Source: an uncultured Gammaproteobacteria bacterium (lineage in GTDB: Bacteria; Pseudomonadota; Gammaproteobacteria; UBA4575). From it: a stretch of 64,000 bases of DNA. Where the stretch lies: assembly GCA_943789445.1 (NCBI GenBank), contig CALSUC010000002.1, forward strand, positions 460,256 through 524,255, in the 5' to 3' direction. The notes below the pieces were generated by a model. That model ran no database searches. It was given only the letters and a program-made list of their open reading frames with translations, and had not been told where the DNA came from. Each line of letters opens with the position of its first letter. Position 1 is the stretch's first letter. Positions 10,311 to 19,848 of the stretch are shown here, in pieces. A program made the position numbers and the translations under genes.

Positions 10311-10492
10311 TTTTTAGCGATAGCAAATGCAATGATTGTGACAGGGAATGCGAGCAGGACTAGCCACTCAAAATGACTGTGTATCATCTGTAGGGGATGT
10401 GCGCTAATAGGGTGGGCGAAAATATTACTGCTATTAAGTAGCAAGATAGTGACTAATATGGATTTCACGTTCATTTGTTTTCCTCGTTGGGC

Positions 10493-11191
10493 TTATACTT
10501 TTAAATAGCGATCAATTAATTCATCGTCAAGTTTTTCTATACTACCTACTGCAACGTTACGACCTTTTTCCATAATGCAGAAATGACTGCCGACTCGACG
10601 AGCAAAGGGTAATTTTTGTTCTACTAAAAGAACAGTCAGTCCAAATTCTTGGTTTAAGCGTATTATAATATCGCCAATTTCACGAACAATATTCGGTTGT
10701 ATCCCCTCAGTAGGTTCATCCAAGATCAATAATTCAGGTTCTATTGCAAGCGCACGGCCAATAGCTAATTGCTGTTGCTGCCCTCCAGAAAGGTCTCCGC
10801 CACGACGATTTTTCATTTCTTTTAGGACTGGGAATAACTCAAATATGATATCGGGTAGTTTTTTTGAGCCACTGCTGATTAATCCTGTTTGTAAGTTTTC
10901 AGTAATACTGAGTTGAGAAAATATTTCGCGGCCTTGTGGTACATAACCAATTTTTAGCTTGGCGCGAGTTTCTGCGGTTGACTTGCTTAATTCATGTTGG
11001 CGAAAAGTGATTGAGCCTTTTCTAATCTTTTCTAAACCCATAATACTTTTTAGTAAGGTTGATTTACCAACACCATTGCGACCCATCAGGCAGGTAATGC
11101 TTCCTTCCTTAATGGCAAGTTTTAAATCCCATAGAGTATGACTTTCGCCATAATATTGGTTGATTCCATCTAACGTTAATAAATTAGCCAC
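10493..11191 (-). CDS. urtE: Urea ABC transporter ATP-binding protein UrtE
   Basis: ABC ATPase motifs (Walker A GRNGVGKST, LSGGQQQ) are present. The size and position match urtE of the branched-chain-type urea transporter. Confidence 0.85.
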   Translation of the reverse strand: MANLLTLDGINQYYGESHTLWDLKLAIKEGSITCLMGRNGVGKSTLLKSIMGLEKIRKGSITFRQHELSKSTAETRAKLKIGYVPQGREIFSQLSITENLQTGLISSGSKKLPDIIFELFPVLKEMKNRRGGDLSGGQQQQLAIGRALAIEPELLILDEPTEGIQPNIVREIGDIIIRLNQEFGLTVLLVEQKLPFARRVGSHFCIMEKGRNVAVGSIEKLDDELIDRYLKV

Positions 11192-11930
11192 CTAAGTAGA
11201 CCTCAATAACTTTCTCATTGTTGGTAATGCTATCCATAGGGCCTTCGGCTAAAACTTGACCTTGATGTAGTACGGTTACCTTATTTGCTATAAGGCGAAC
11301 AAATTCCATATCATGTTCAACTACGATAACCGATTGAGTGCGTGCTAAGTTTTGCAATAATTCAGCGGTTTTTTCGGTTTCCTGATAGGTCATGCCAGCA
11401 ACAGGCTCATCGACTAATAGGACCTGTGGATTCTGTGTGATTAGCATGCCTATTTCTAACCATTGTTTCTGGCCATGTGACAACTCGCCAGCAAGCCGAT
11501 ACTGCTCATTCGTTAGTCCGATAATTTCTAATGACTGCTCTATCTTTTCGATTTGTGGCTGCTTTAAGCGATGGAATAAATTAGCAAAGACACTACGGTC
11601 TCCTTCTAGGGCTAAGCATAGATTTTCATGTACCGTGTGCTGCTCAAATACTGTTGGCTTTTGAAACTTTCGGCCAATGCCTAGGTTGGCAATTTCTGCC
11701 TCGCTTTTGCCGATTAGATTTATATTTTCCGCAAAGATGATCTCTCCGGTATCAGGTTTTGTTTTTCCTGTAATGATGTCCATCATGGTTGTTTTGCCTG
11801 CACCATTTGGCCCAATGACACAACGTAATTCATTGCGCTCAACATAAAGGCTGAGGTTATTAATAGCCTGGAAGCCATCAAAACTAACCGATACATCATT
11901 TAGGTAGAGGATAGTTTCTTTACTTTTCAT
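11184..11930 (-). CDS. urtD: Urea ABC transporter ATP-binding protein UrtD
   Basis: ABC ATPase motifs GPNGAGKTT and LSHGQKQ are present. It overlaps urtE by 8 nt. Confidence 0.85.
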   Translation of the reverse strand: MKSKETILYLNDVSVSFDGFQAINNLSLYVERNELRCVIGPNGAGKTTMMDIITGKTKPDTGEIIFAENINLIGKSEAEIANLGIGRKFQKPTVFEQHTVHENLCLALEGDRSVFANLFHRLKQPQIEKIEQSLEIIGLTNEQYRLAGELSHGQKQWLEIGMLITQNPQVLLVDEPVAGMTYQETEKTAELLQNLARTQSVIVVEHDMEFVRLIANKVTVLHQGQVLAEGPMDSITNNEKVIEVYLGG

Positions 11931-13071
11931 CAGTACTGCCTCGCTTTAGTTTGTCACTGCTTGAATTACGCGAAAAGCGTGTGCGTAGTTGAGCATAAAG
12001 ACCGACTAAGCCTTTTGGCATGAATACGGTGACAAATACAAAGATACCACCAAGGATGAAAAGCCAGACCTCAGGGGCCCATGCTGTAAAAATAGTTTTT
12101 GCATAATTCACAACAAAGGCACCTAGGACGGCACCATATAGCGTGCCACGACCACCAATGGCGACCCAGATAACCATTTCAATGGAGCGAATAGGAGCGA
12201 ATTCACTAGGGTTTATGATACCAACCTGTGGTACGTATAAAGCGCCCGCAAGACCTGCTAATAGGGCAGAGATAACGAAGATGAAAAGTTTAATATGCTC
12301 ATCACGATAACCCATAAACCTAACTCGACTTTCAGCATCACGTATCGCCATGGTTAAACTGCCCAATCGGGACTGTGCTATGAATCTGCATATGGCATAA
12401 CCTAATAATAAAGCAGCAGCAGAGGCGATGAAAAGTGCATTGCGAGTGTTATCAGCTTGTAGGTTGAAACCAAGGATTTCCTTGAAGTCTGTGAGACCAT
12501 TGTTGCCACCAAATCCAAAGTTGTTTTGGAAGAAGGCAAGCATTAAAGCATAGGTCATAGCCTGCGTGATTATAGATAGATAGACGCCTGTTACACGTGA
12601 ACGAAACGCCAGCCAGCCGAAGACAAAAGCAAGTATTCCCGGCGCTAAAAAGACCATCAATAGCATCAATGGAAACTGGTCAAAGCCTTGCCAATACCAA
12701 GGTAACTCTGACCAGTTTAGGAAGACCATAAAATCAGGTAGTTCTGGATTGCTATAAACGCCCCTATCCCCAATCTGACGCATTAGATACATGCCCATTG
12801 CATAGCCACCTAATGCAAAGAATGCACCATGACCTAAGCTTAAAATACCTAAATAACCCCAAACCAAATCGACCGATAAGGCAAGAAGGGCATAGCATAG
12901 ATATTTCCCTATCAAGGTCACACTATAGGTTGAGACATGAAATTCTGAGTCTGAAGGTATGATTAAGTTACAGACTGGAACAATGACTGCGAGTGCAATG
13001 CAGCAGAAAGTGAGTACACGACTTCCGGTATCATTTAATAACAGCCGACCAATGAGTGAATGCTGAAGCAT
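11920..13071 (-). CDS. urtC: Urea ABC transporter permease UrtC
   Basis: It is a branched-chain-amino-acid-type permease (LivM-like), overlapping urtD by 11 nt. Confidence 0.85.
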   Translation of the reverse strand: MLQHSLIGRLLLNDTGSRVLTFCCIALAVIVPVCNLIIPSDSEFHVSTYSVTLIGKYLCYALLALSVDLVWGYLGILSLGHGAFFALGGYAMGMYLMRQIGDRGVYSNPELPDFMVFLNWSELPWYWQGFDQFPLMLLMVFLAPGILAFVFGWLAFRSRVTGVYLSIITQAMTYALMLAFFQNNFGFGGNNGLTDFKEILGFNLQADNTRNALFIASAAALLLGYAICRFIAQSRLGSLTMAIRDAESRVRFMGYRDEHIKLFIFVISALLAGLAGALYVPQVGIINPSEFAPIRSIEMVIWVAIGGRGTLYGAVLGAFVVNYAKTIFTAWAPEVWLFILGGIFVFVTVFMPKGLVGLYAQLRTRFSRNSSSDKLKRGSTDEK

Positions 13072-13074
13072 GAC

Positions 13075-14727
13075 TTAGTTCTCGGCTGAACGACCCTTCA
13101 GAGCAAACATACCCCTAGGTCGTTTTTGAATGAATAATATGATGAAGACTAAGATCACTACCTTTGCAATAACAGCACCGGTCATTGGCTCTAAATATTT
13201 ATTTGCGATGCCTAGGGTCATTGCACCAAAGAACGTACCCCATAAATTACCAACACCACCAAATACCACCACCATAAAGGAATCAATAATGTAGGCTTGG
13301 CCTAAATTAGGACCAACGTTAGTGAGCTGGCTAAGTGCAACACCAGCCATGCCAGCGATACCTGAGCCTAAGCCAAAGGTATAAGCATCGATCCAATCAG
13401 TACGAATACCCATGGCCTTAGCCATGGTGCGATTTTGTGTGACGGCACGTACTTGAAGTCCAAAACGTGTTTTCTGTAAAAGCAGCATTAAACCGATTAA
13501 TACTGCTATCGAAAATAGAATGATATAGAGGCGGTTATAGGTTAGTGCTAAAGCAGGATTGATTTGCAAAGAGCCACTCATCCATTCTGGAGTAGCTACT
13601 GCTCTATTTTGTGGTGAGATTATGGTGCGTACAGCTTGCTGTAGTATTAAGCTAATACCGAAAGTTGCGAGCAAAGTTTCTAAAGGACGGCCATAAAGAT
13701 GGCGAATTATGCTGCGTTCGATAATAACGCCAACCAGTGCAGTGAAGACAAAGGCAATCGGAATTGCGATCAGAGGTGAGTAAGCAATCGCGTTAGGCAT
13801 GATTTGCTGAATAATATAGGTAGTGTAGGCGCCTAACATAAGCATCTCGCCATGAGCCATATTGATTACACCCATAACACCAAAGGTGATGGCTAGGCCA
13901 ACTGCAGCTAGTAGTAAAACAGAGCCCAGACTGACACCAAAGAAGATGTTTTCAAGCTGTTTATACCAGCCTAGCTTAAAATCAATTTTTTCTATGCTGG
14001 CTTCTAGAGTGTGTTTTAGTTCTTGTTTTTCTGTGCTTAGAGGGTTTCCAGTGATACTTCTTAAGCCATTGCTTAAGGTATTTTTAACTTCAGGGTAGAG
14101 CGAATTAGAAAGCGTTTTTACTGCGCTAAGTTGTTCGTCGACACTGCCATTCTTGAATGAATATAAAGCGATGCCGGTTTGCATAATTTCGACTATAGAG
14201 TCATCTTTTTCTATGGTCAGCCGGCCTGTAAATAATTGAAGGCCACTTTTATTGATGTCTTTGAGGATTTCTTCAGCTGCTTGCTGGCGCACTGCTTTGT
14301 TCGGACTGTCCAAGGAGAGTTTGGCAATCTCCACTTTAAGTTGACGTCTTAGTTTATTATTAATACCTACTTTTTTAATTCTTTTTTTTGCGATAACACC
14401 TAAATCAGTGCCGCTAATAGCGTTACGTATCACAGCGTTTTTATTATCCAACTTGGCAATAACGATAGTTTTTGTTTTCTTCAGAAAATAGATATTGCCA
14501 TCTAAAAGTTGCTGAAGGATGACTAGCGCTTGTGAGTCTTTTGAGGTGGCGATAGCCTGTATATATTCTTTTTTCTTTGTGAAACTCTTTGATGAGAGGC
14601 CATTGATAGCGTCATGGAAGATGGTTTCTGAGATGGTGTCCGGTTTTATTTCTATGTCGTTAGACCAACTTAGGCCTGCACTGAATAAGCTGCCACATAA
14701 GATAAGTAGAAGAGCGAAATTTCGCAT
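13075..14727 (-). CDS. urtB: Urea ABC transporter permease UrtB, long form with ~250-aa N-terminal periplasmic domain
   Basis: The C-terminal 300 aa form a LivH-like permease. The N-terminus has a signal peptide plus a soluble domain. Confidence 0.8.
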   Translation of the reverse strand: MRNFALLLILCGSLFSAGLSWSNDIEIKPDTISETIFHDAINGLSSKSFTKKKEYIQAIATSKDSQALVILQQLLDGNIYFLKKTKTIVIAKLDNKNAVIRNAISGTDLGVIAKKRIKKVGINNKLRRQLKVEIAKLSLDSPNKAVRQQAAEEILKDINKSGLQLFTGRLTIEKDDSIVEIMQTGIALYSFKNGSVDEQLSAVKTLSNSLYPEVKNTLSNGLRSITGNPLSTEKQELKHTLEASIEKIDFKLGWYKQLENIFFGVSLGSVLLLAAVGLAITFGVMGVINMAHGEMLMLGAYTTYIIQQIMPNAIAYSPLIAIPIAFVFTALVGVIIERSIIRHLYGRPLETLLATFGISLILQQAVRTIISPQNRAVATPEWMSGSLQINPALALTYNRLYIILFSIAVLIGLMLLLQKTRFGLQVRAVTQNRTMAKAMGIRTDWIDAYTFGLGSGIAGMAGVALSQLTNVGPNLGQAYIIDSFMVVVFGGVGNLWGTFFGAMTLGIANKYLEPMTGAVIAKVVILVFIILFIQKRPRGMFALKGRSAEN

Positions 14728-14804
14728 GGTTATTCACTGGGTTAAAGATTACTGGGCACTTTCTTGTGCCCAGTGATCTTATGCTTAAGCTTAAGCGGTT
14801 CGAT

Positions 14805-16106
14805 TTAAAAGTTTTGCCCTGAGCACTTCTTGGTTTCTGTGTTGTAGTTACCACAGTTGATTGCTGGATCAGCCCAGTCCGACACAATGACTGCGCTTTC
14901 TGGTAGGAAGTCAGTCCAAGCATCACCGACTACTTCACCTTCAGTCTGCCAAACGATTTCAAATTGACCATCATCTTGAATCTCACCAATGAGTACTGGT
15001 TTTGATAGATGGTGGTTAGAGTTCATTACCGCTGTACCACCGGTTAAGTTAGGTAAAGACAGGCCATACATTGCTGGTCGTACTTTATCGACTTCAGTGC
15101 TGTCTACTTTACTAACTGCTTCGGCCCACATCTTAAAACCAATGTATGTTGCTTCCATTGGATCATTAGTTACGCGTGAATCATCACCAATGAAGCTCTG
15201 CCACGTTTCAATGAAGGTGTCATTGGTATCGCTCTCAGCTGATTGGAAATAGTTCCATGCTGCTAGATGACCGACTAGAGGTGTGGTATCGATGCCTGAT
15301 AATTCTTCTTCGCCAACAGAGAATGCAACGACTGGAATATTATCTGCAGAGAGACCTTGGTTACCCAGCTCTTTGTAGAAGGGTACGTTTGCATCACCAT
15401 TAATGGTGGAAACAACAGCAGTTTTCTTGCCAGTTGAACCAAATGATTTGATATCAGAGACAATAGTCTGCCAGTCAGAATGACCAAATGGAGTGTAGTT
15501 AATCATGATGTCTTTTGCAGCAACACCTTTGAGCTTTAGGTAAGACTCTAAGATTTTATTGGTAGTGCGTGGGTAAACGTAATCGGTGCCCGCTAAGACC
15601 CAACGCTTAACGCCTTGATCCATTAAGTAATCTACTGCAGGAATGGCTTGTTGATTAGGTGATGCACCAGTGTAAAAGACATTTTTAGATGACTCTTCAC
15701 CCTCATACTGCACTGGGTAAAATAAGAGGCCATTTAGTTCTTCTACTACAGGTAACACGGATTTGCGTGAAACAGACGTCCAGCAACCGAAAATGACATC
15801 TACTTCATGTACTTCGATAAGCTCACGCATTTTTTCAGCAAACAAAGGCCAGTCAGATGCAGGATCAACTACTACAGCTTCTAATTTTTTACCTAGTAAA
15901 CCACCAGCTTTATTTTGTTCTTCGATCATCATTAAAACGGTGTCTTTTAATGTGGTCTCACTGATTGCCATAGTGCCAGATAAGGAATGTAAAACACCTA
16001 CCTTAATAGTGTCGCTATGATCATCGGCTTGTGCACTCAGACTAAACAGGCTGAGTGTTAACAAACAAATGCTTAATAGAGAATGTTTCTTCATTGTGTA
16101 CTCCAT
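14805..16106 (-). CDS. urtA: Urea ABC transporter substrate-binding protein UrtA
   Basis: It is a 433-aa periplasmic binding protein with a signal peptide, of the LivJ/UrtA family. A GGAG RBS precedes the start codon. Confidence 0.9.
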   Translation of the reverse strand: MEYTMKKHSLLSICLLTLSLFSLSAQADDHSDTIKVGVLHSLSGTMAISETTLKDTVLMMIEEQNKAGGLLGKKLEAVVVDPASDWPLFAEKMRELIEVHEVDVIFGCWTSVSRKSVLPVVEELNGLLFYPVQYEGEESSKNVFYTGASPNQQAIPAVDYLMDQGVKRWVLAGTDYVYPRTTNKILESYLKLKGVAAKDIMINYTPFGHSDWQTIVSDIKSFGSTGKKTAVVSTINGDANVPFYKELGNQGLSADNIPVVAFSVGEEELSGIDTTPLVGHLAAWNYFQSAESDTNDTFIETWQSFIGDDSRVTNDPMEATYIGFKMWAEAVSKVDSTEVDKVRPAMYGLSLPNLTGGTAVMNSNHHLSKPVLIGEIQDDGQFEIVWQTEGEVVGDAWTDFLPESAVIVSDWADPAINCGNYNTETKKCSGQNF

Positions 16107-16163
16107 ATTGATTGAACATTAGTGTGGATATTTATTTCATAAATGTGTCTATGTGGATTAATC

Positions 16164-16179
16164 CTGCAAAATTGGTGCC
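16164..16179 (-). promoter_or_regulatory. Sigma-54 (RpoN) -24/-12 promoter of the urt-ure operon
   Basis: The minus strand reads TGGCACCAATTTTGCA, matching TGGCAC-N5-TTGCA exactly. It lies about 58 nt upstream of the urtA ATG. Confidence 0.75.
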
Positions 16180-16265
16180 AACTGTAAAAAAATTCGATGA
16201 AATCAAGTTCACATAACAAAATTGAATTTAATGCTTGAAGGATTTCCGTGCTGCAATGAAAGAAA

Positions 16266-16282
16266 GGCACTACCGTGGTGCA
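16266..16282. promoter_or_regulatory. NtrC-type enhancer dyad (GCAC-N6-GGTGCA)
   Basis: GGCACTACCGTGGTGCA resembles the TGCACC-N5-GGTGCA NtrC site. It sits ~100 bp upstream of the sigma-54 promoter. Confidence 0.55.
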
Positions 16283-16521
16283 GTTTTTGAGGGGTGTGTG
16301 AGTTACGCACTTGTTGAGTGCAATATGTTGATGAGCCTTAATTACCACAGATGAATTTGTGGTATTTCTCATTAGAGGGGCGAGGGTGCTGTTGTATAAG
16401 GAAAGTTGATGAAATATGGTGCGTATAATAGATATTTAATCTATTGAATATAAATTAAATGTACAAATCAATGTTTAGCCTGTAATATACTTAAACTTAA
16501 TTTATACATACAGAGACTATT

Positions 16522-17523
16522 ATGCAGACTCAAATTGCAAACGACGAATATAAAATTGGTGCAGTTTCCAAAATTACCGGTATCGGTACGGAGACCTTAC
16601 GGGCGTGGGAGCGACGTTATAAAGCGGTAGTTCCTAAGCGTTCTGAGTCTGGTGATCGTGTCTATGATGCCGAAAATCTATCCAAGCTCTTTATGCTGAA
16701 AAACCTAGTTGATGTCGGTAACTCCATTGGCACCATTGCTCATCTTTCCTTGAGCGAGCTTAAAGTGAAATGGGAAAATTCAAATCAGGCGGCAAATAGT
16801 ATGAAATGGGCGGAAGTTGATAACGTCCAGCCACGTGAGTTTAGCCGTACTCAAAAGTGTAGGGTCTTACTTCTAGGTGAAGAGTTTCCGCTACGTGTTT
16901 TAGATGGTATGTCTGATTTCGAAGGGGTTGAGGTTGTTGAACAGCCCATGGGATTAGATGAGTGGGCAGAAAGCAAAGATGACAATCCAATACATGTGGT
17001 AATTATTGAGCGACCAACGATTAATAGTGATACACGTGAATACATATCACAGATCTTAAAGTGTACAGGTGCTTGGCACGTCATTGCCCTATATGGTTTT
17101 GGTTCGCAGTCTGAGATTAATAAACTACAAAGTCCGCAAGTGAGTGCAATCCGTTCTTCAATTGATGTCTATGAACTTGCCCGACTTTGTGTTGATAGAG
17201 TCGGTGGTGATTCAAAGTTTGTTACGACTACTGCGGTCGGAACGGTTTACATGGAAGAGTCGATACCAACGCGTCGCTATAGTTCAAAGCAGTTGGAAAG
17301 CCTCTCACGGTTCCCATCATCTATTCAGTGCGAATGTCCGCAGCATATTTCGGACCTGATTAAAAACTTAGTCGCCTTCGAGATCTATAGTGCTGAATGT
17401 GAGAATAAGAATGATGATGATGCTAGGTTACATTCCTTCTTACATGCAACAACAGCGCAATCACGCGCTATTTTAGAAGATGCCTTAGCGCACTTACTGA
17501 AGTATGAAAACATTAGTATCTAG
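16522..17523 (+). CDS. MerR-family HTH regulator with long non-canonical C-terminal domain
   Basis: The N-terminal MerR-type HTH (YKIGAVSKITGIGTETLRAWERRY) is followed by ~260 aa containing a receiver-like fold segment (VLLLGEE...HVVIIER) and a Cys-containing tail. It is divergent from urtA. Confidence 0.7.
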   Translation: MQTQIANDEYKIGAVSKITGIGTETLRAWERRYKAVVPKRSESGDRVYDAENLSKLFMLKNLVDVGNSIGTIAHLSLSELKVKWENSNQAANSMKWAEVDNVQPREFSRTQKCRVLLLGEEFPLRVLDGMSDFEGVEVVEQPMGLDEWAESKDDNPIHVVIIERPTINSDTREYISQILKCTGAWHVIALYGFGSQSEINKLQSPQVSAIRSSIDVYELARLCVDRVGGDSKFVTTTAVGTVYMEESIPTRRYSSKQLESLSRFPSSIQCECPQHISDLIKNLVAFEIYSAECENKNDDDARLHSFLHATTAQSRAILEDALAHLLKYENISI

Positions 17524-17544
17524 TGCGTAGATACTTTTTTCGGA

Positions 17545-17580
17545 ACCAAAAAAAGACCCGCTTTTGCGGGTCTTTTTTTA
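17545..17580. terminator. Bidirectional rho-independent terminator
   Basis: The sequence is A-run, GACCCGC, tttt loop, GCGGGTC, T-run. It lies between the convergent MerR-like and ferredoxin genes. Confidence 0.85.
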
Positions 17581-17605
17581 TCTAGCCTTTTAAATGTAAA
17601 AGGTT

Positions 17606-17920
17606 TTAGTTGATAGCACCTTGCTCAAAATCAACTTCAATTTCAACATCACTCTGAAGGCGTGTTTGGCATGCGAGTACCATACCTGATTTTAACTGCT
17701 CTCCATCTAGGACATATGCAAAATCGTTTAAGGCCTTAATTTTTCCAGTCTTTACAGTTGCGCGACAGCTGCCACAGCTACCTACGCGGCATTCGTGTGG
17801 CCACTTAACACCTGCGTTCAAAGCTGCCTGCAGAAGGTTAATACCGCCTTTAACTTCGAAGCTTTCACCTGTGTTCAATATAGTTGCAGTGAAATCTTTC
17901 TTTTTGCCGAATCCAAACAT
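17606..17920 (-). CDS. Plant-type [2Fe-2S] ferredoxin
   Basis: It carries a Cys-motif (C-x4-C-x2-C...C), including CRVGSCGSCRA, and is 104 aa. Confidence 0.85.
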   Translation of the reverse strand: MFGFGKKKDFTATILNTGESFEVKGGINLLQAALNAGVKWPHECRVGSCGSCRATVKTGKIKALNDFAYVLDGEQLKSGMVLACQTRLQSDVEIEVDFEQGAIN

Positions 17921-18042
17921 GTCTTAAATCTCCAAATGTAAATTATTAAATATTAAATTATTTTTAAACTAGCCGGATTGGTTGCCGGTGATTATCCAAA
18001 AATGGTTCTTTGCTGATGAATTTGAGAGTAAGTCGTCTTTAA

Positions 18043-18222
18043 TCACTTATTAGTTGAAATGCCAAAGGGTAGATAAGCTGGACACCAGCCTAAAAGCCCT
18101 GTCATAACAGGTATCACTCCTAAGGCTCCCCACCAGGTGGGTTGTGCAAGGCCAACACCAACAATAAACATGCCTACTAAAATACGTGCCATCCGCTCGG
18201 TATTACTAACGTTACAAACCAT
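18043..18222 (-). CDS. DUF2892 (YgaP-like) small membrane protein, 59 aa (below ORF-track threshold)
   Basis: Manual translation gives MVCNVSNTERMARILVGMFIVGVGLAQPTWWGALGVIPVMTGLLGWCPAYLPFGISTNK. This matches the DUF2892 consensus (NV..ER..R...G......G......WW...G.IP...G..GWCP.Y...GIST). Confidence 0.7.
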   Translation of the reverse strand: MVCNVSNTERMARILVGMFIVGVGLAQPTWWGALGVIPVMTGLLGWCPAYLPFGISTNK

Positions 18223-18437
18223 TGTACTGTCTTTATATTTTTATTGTGTACACAGTATAACCCAGTTCATCTGTATATCGATTATTCAATGCTACTCTGT
18301 ACAGTCTTTGTTTGTTTAATTTTCCCGGTTTATAGGTGGAATATGTATTCCACCTACTCTTAATCCAGCAATCGTTGACGACACTCTGTTTCGTATAGGG
18401 ATTGAACAGGCTAGACGTTCCTAACTGGTGTAGCTAT

Positions 18438-18875
18438 CTATTTACCTGCGTCGGCAACTAAGCTGACTGCTTCAATCCCTGCAATAGCACAGGCTTCATC
18501 ATTATCAGACGTGTCACCAGTAATACCTACTGCTGCAATAACTTCACCCGAGGCATCCCGGACTAAAACGCCGCCAGGTACAGGGACTAGTTTTTGGTCG
18601 GCTAGACCAACTAAGGAATTCATGAACATTGGGCGTTCTTCACCAATATTGAACAGGGTGCGTGATGCCATACCAAGGGCCAATGAACCCCAAGCCTTAC
18701 CAAAGGCAATTTGAGGACGGAAGAAAGTCGCGCTATCAGCACGCTGCATGGCTTTTAGGTGGCCGCCGGCGTCTAAGACAACAATAGTCAAAGGCGCTAA
18801 TCCGAGTTCAGCTCCTTTGGCAAATGCGTTTTCAATAATGGTGTTGGCTTGTTCTAAGCTTAGTTGTGAGCTCAT
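18438..18875 (-). CDS. GlcG/HbpS-like (DUF336) heme-binding protein
   Basis: It is 145 aa with DUF336-family similarity (GGVLVRDASGEVIAAVGITG). Confidence 0.75.
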   Translation of the reverse strand: MSSQLSLEQANTIIENAFAKGAELGLAPLTIVVLDAGGHLKAMQRADSATFFRPQIAFGKAWGSLALGMASRTLFNIGEERPMFMNSLVGLADQKLVPVPGGVLVRDASGEVIAAVGITGDTSDNDEACAIAGIEAVSLVADAGK

Positions 18876-18981
18876 GATAGTCCTTCTAAGGGATTTGTTT
18901 ATTTGTATAGGCTGAAAATTATGAGCGCTAGAGTACTGTCGATTGTCTTCAGTTACTAGTTTATTTAGCCAAATAAGTAGC

Positions 18982-19361
18982 TTAAGCCGGAGATTTAAGC
19001 GTTTTAGATAGTGCTATGAAACGCAAGGTAGTGCCGTTATTGCACCAACGTTCACCGCTAGGGAGTGGGCCATCCATAATCAAATGTCCTGACGCCATTC
19101 ATGATTTAGAGGGCTAGAGCGGCGTGGCTCGGTCTTTGCCTGACGGAGTACCTGATAGGCATTGTCTTCCAGTAATTGACGCCATTGTTGATCACTATAA
19201 TGAAGCTGACGGAGATCTAGGCTACGCTAGTAGCGAGGTTGTGCTTTACCCCCTAAGTATTGTGTATAGATAAAGGCACCTAAGCCGATGCTGGCGAATA
19301 AAAAATGCCTTCTGTTTAATGCAAACGAGTTGGTACTGCGGTTTTTTGCGCTAAACTTCAC
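18982..19361 (-). pseudogene. msrB: Decayed Tat-signal MsrB (peptide-methionine (R)-S-oxide reductase) relic
   Basis: A GAGGTG RBS precedes a GTG start. The product begins with a Tat-type signal (NRRHFLFASIGLGAF) followed by an in-frame TAG. MsrB N-terminal (AYQVLRQAKTEP), middle (FDYGWPTP) and C-terminal (HLIMDGPLPSGERWCNNGTTLRF) fragments lie in three different frames, and the central part is deleted. Confidence 0.5.
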
Positions 19362-19442
19362 GATTACACCTCGGGATCATAGCTCTAGCTTAGAATATAG
19401 CTGGGTAGGCTAGTTCCCATTAACTGATTTCCTGAGATAGCT

Positions 19443-19733
19443 GTGACTACTGAACAAATCAAAGAGCAATTTAATCGTTTAAATCGACGCATCAGCTTAG
19501 GCATTGTAATGCTGACTTTGCTGGTCTCATTATTATTCTGGAAGCTGGGTTACACCTCAGGCGGCGAGCAATCACTGTGGATCGGTATTGCATTGATGTC
19601 GCTGGCACTGATCTTCGGCAAGATCCCACATATGTGTTTTCTGCTGATGCGAATGCAGGCAGGCGTGCAAGGGCATGATTTACTGCAAATGAGCTGGGCG
19701 GCTTTTAAGGACTGGATGCGGCAGAATAGCTGA
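19443..19733 (+). CDS. Hypothetical small membrane protein (2 TM), GTG start
   Basis: It is a 96-aa ORF with two hydrophobic helices. No homology was recognised. Confidence 0.4.
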   Translation: MTTEQIKEQFNRLNRRISLGIVMLTLLVSLLFWKLGYTSGGEQSLWIGIALMSLALIFGKIPHMCFLLMRMQAGVQGHDLLQMSWAAFKDWMRQNS

Positions 19734-19848
19734 TCTATATAGGGTCATTTAACGGTGCACTGATGTTGTATAACTAGATAGCGTTTAAGCCTTGTTCAAG
19801 CCTTGCTTGGGTGGTTGAATGCCTATCTGATTTTAATAAGGGATAGAA

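Noticed and set aside
13075-14727. UrtB at 550 aa looks like a fusion of an unknown periplasmic domain to the permease
   Set aside because: Long-form UrtB with an N-terminal periplasmic extension is, to my knowledge, the normal proteobacterial form. It is not considered novel.
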